In this document: positions 63,701-64,000 of the stretch, in pieces
Position numbering within the stretch: position 1 is the first letter of the stretch
How the letters are laid out: the number at the start of each line of letters is the position of its first letter
Program-made: the position numbers and the translations under genes
NCBI GenBank assembly: GCA_051294905.1
Contig: CM119371.1
Coordinates: 5,086,001 to 5,150,000, forward strand
Source: Botryllus schlosseri
Taxonomy: Eukaryota
DNA length: 64,000 nt
Direction of reading: 5' to 3'
Notes under the pieces: model-generated
Seen by the model: the letters and a program-made list of their open reading frames with translations, nothing else
Database searches by the model: none
Told to the model about the DNA's origin: nothing

Positions 63701-64000
63701 GGTATAAAGGATTGATGGCATCAAAACATAAATATCATCTGTTGGACAAGTCTAAATCAGTTGTTGTCAACCTTTTTGCGGTCGCAGGCCAGTACAATTC
63801 TGCAACAAATTTTGTGGACCAGTGAAACTACATTTAATTTAAACTACATAAATTGGAAACTACATTTATTGCTTCCTTTTTGATATCGGACGTACTATAC
63901 CCAGAGCTCGGCAAGATCAAGTTAATGAGTGATTTCGTTCTAAATCGAGTATTAGGCTTCTTTTCGAGTATTTGGGTATCCCCAATTATGATGTCACACC

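Larger units (their letters stand above)
44340..63900 (+). repeat. Third copy of the ZF+PLK1psi unit, in direct orientation to 15700-28000
   Basis: Collinear matches 44341-44540 vs 15710-15960, 44862-45115 vs 16540-16660, 55295-55370 vs 20120-20190, 58935-59110 vs 24420-24600, 60840-61050 vs 24670-24890, 62140-62250 vs 26025-26130. Confidence 0.85.

Overview
AT-rich, repeat-dense animal genomic DNA; a marine invertebrate is plausible, but the species cannot be determined from the sequence. The window is built from three copies of a ~12-20 kb duplication unit. Each unit pairs a tandem C2H2 zinc-finger gene (non-canonical HAG[IV]KNH linkers) tail-to-tail with an unprocessed, intron-containing Polo-like kinase 1 (PLK1-like) pseudogene; the ORF track shows only out-of-frame pieces of these pseudogenes. 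Units 1 and 2 form a large head-to-head inverted duplication with its axis near 15,695 (PLK1psi+ 541-8717 / ZF- ~12.7-14.1 kb | ZF+ 17.8-19.0 kb / PLK1psi- 22040-32693). Unit 3 (ZF+ 53.4-54.7 kb / PLK1psi- 57505-63684) is a direct-orientation paralogue of unit 2 and branched earlier. Between units 2 and 3 is a nest of four transposons. A hAT MITE (33902-44220) holds a 5'-truncated CR1-group LINE and a non-autonomous tRNA-Trp-primed LTR element. An intact, very young Gypsy retrotransposon (identical 230-bp LTRs, CTTGA TSD, one 1536-aa ORF) has inserted into one LTR of that element. Two priming oddities stand out. The intact Gypsy has no tRNA PBS but has an LTR-complementary PBS, making it a candidate for Tf1-like self-priming. 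The non-autonomous LTR has a second tRNA-Trp-complementary tract in U5. Also present are several hAT elements with 8-bp TSDs, an L2 remnant fused to the start of ZF ORF 1, a tRNA-derived SINE, and a Penelope-like remnant with a 5' inversion and a possible degenerate hammerhead ribozyme. All homology calls come from manual translation and remembered family motifs, not database searches.
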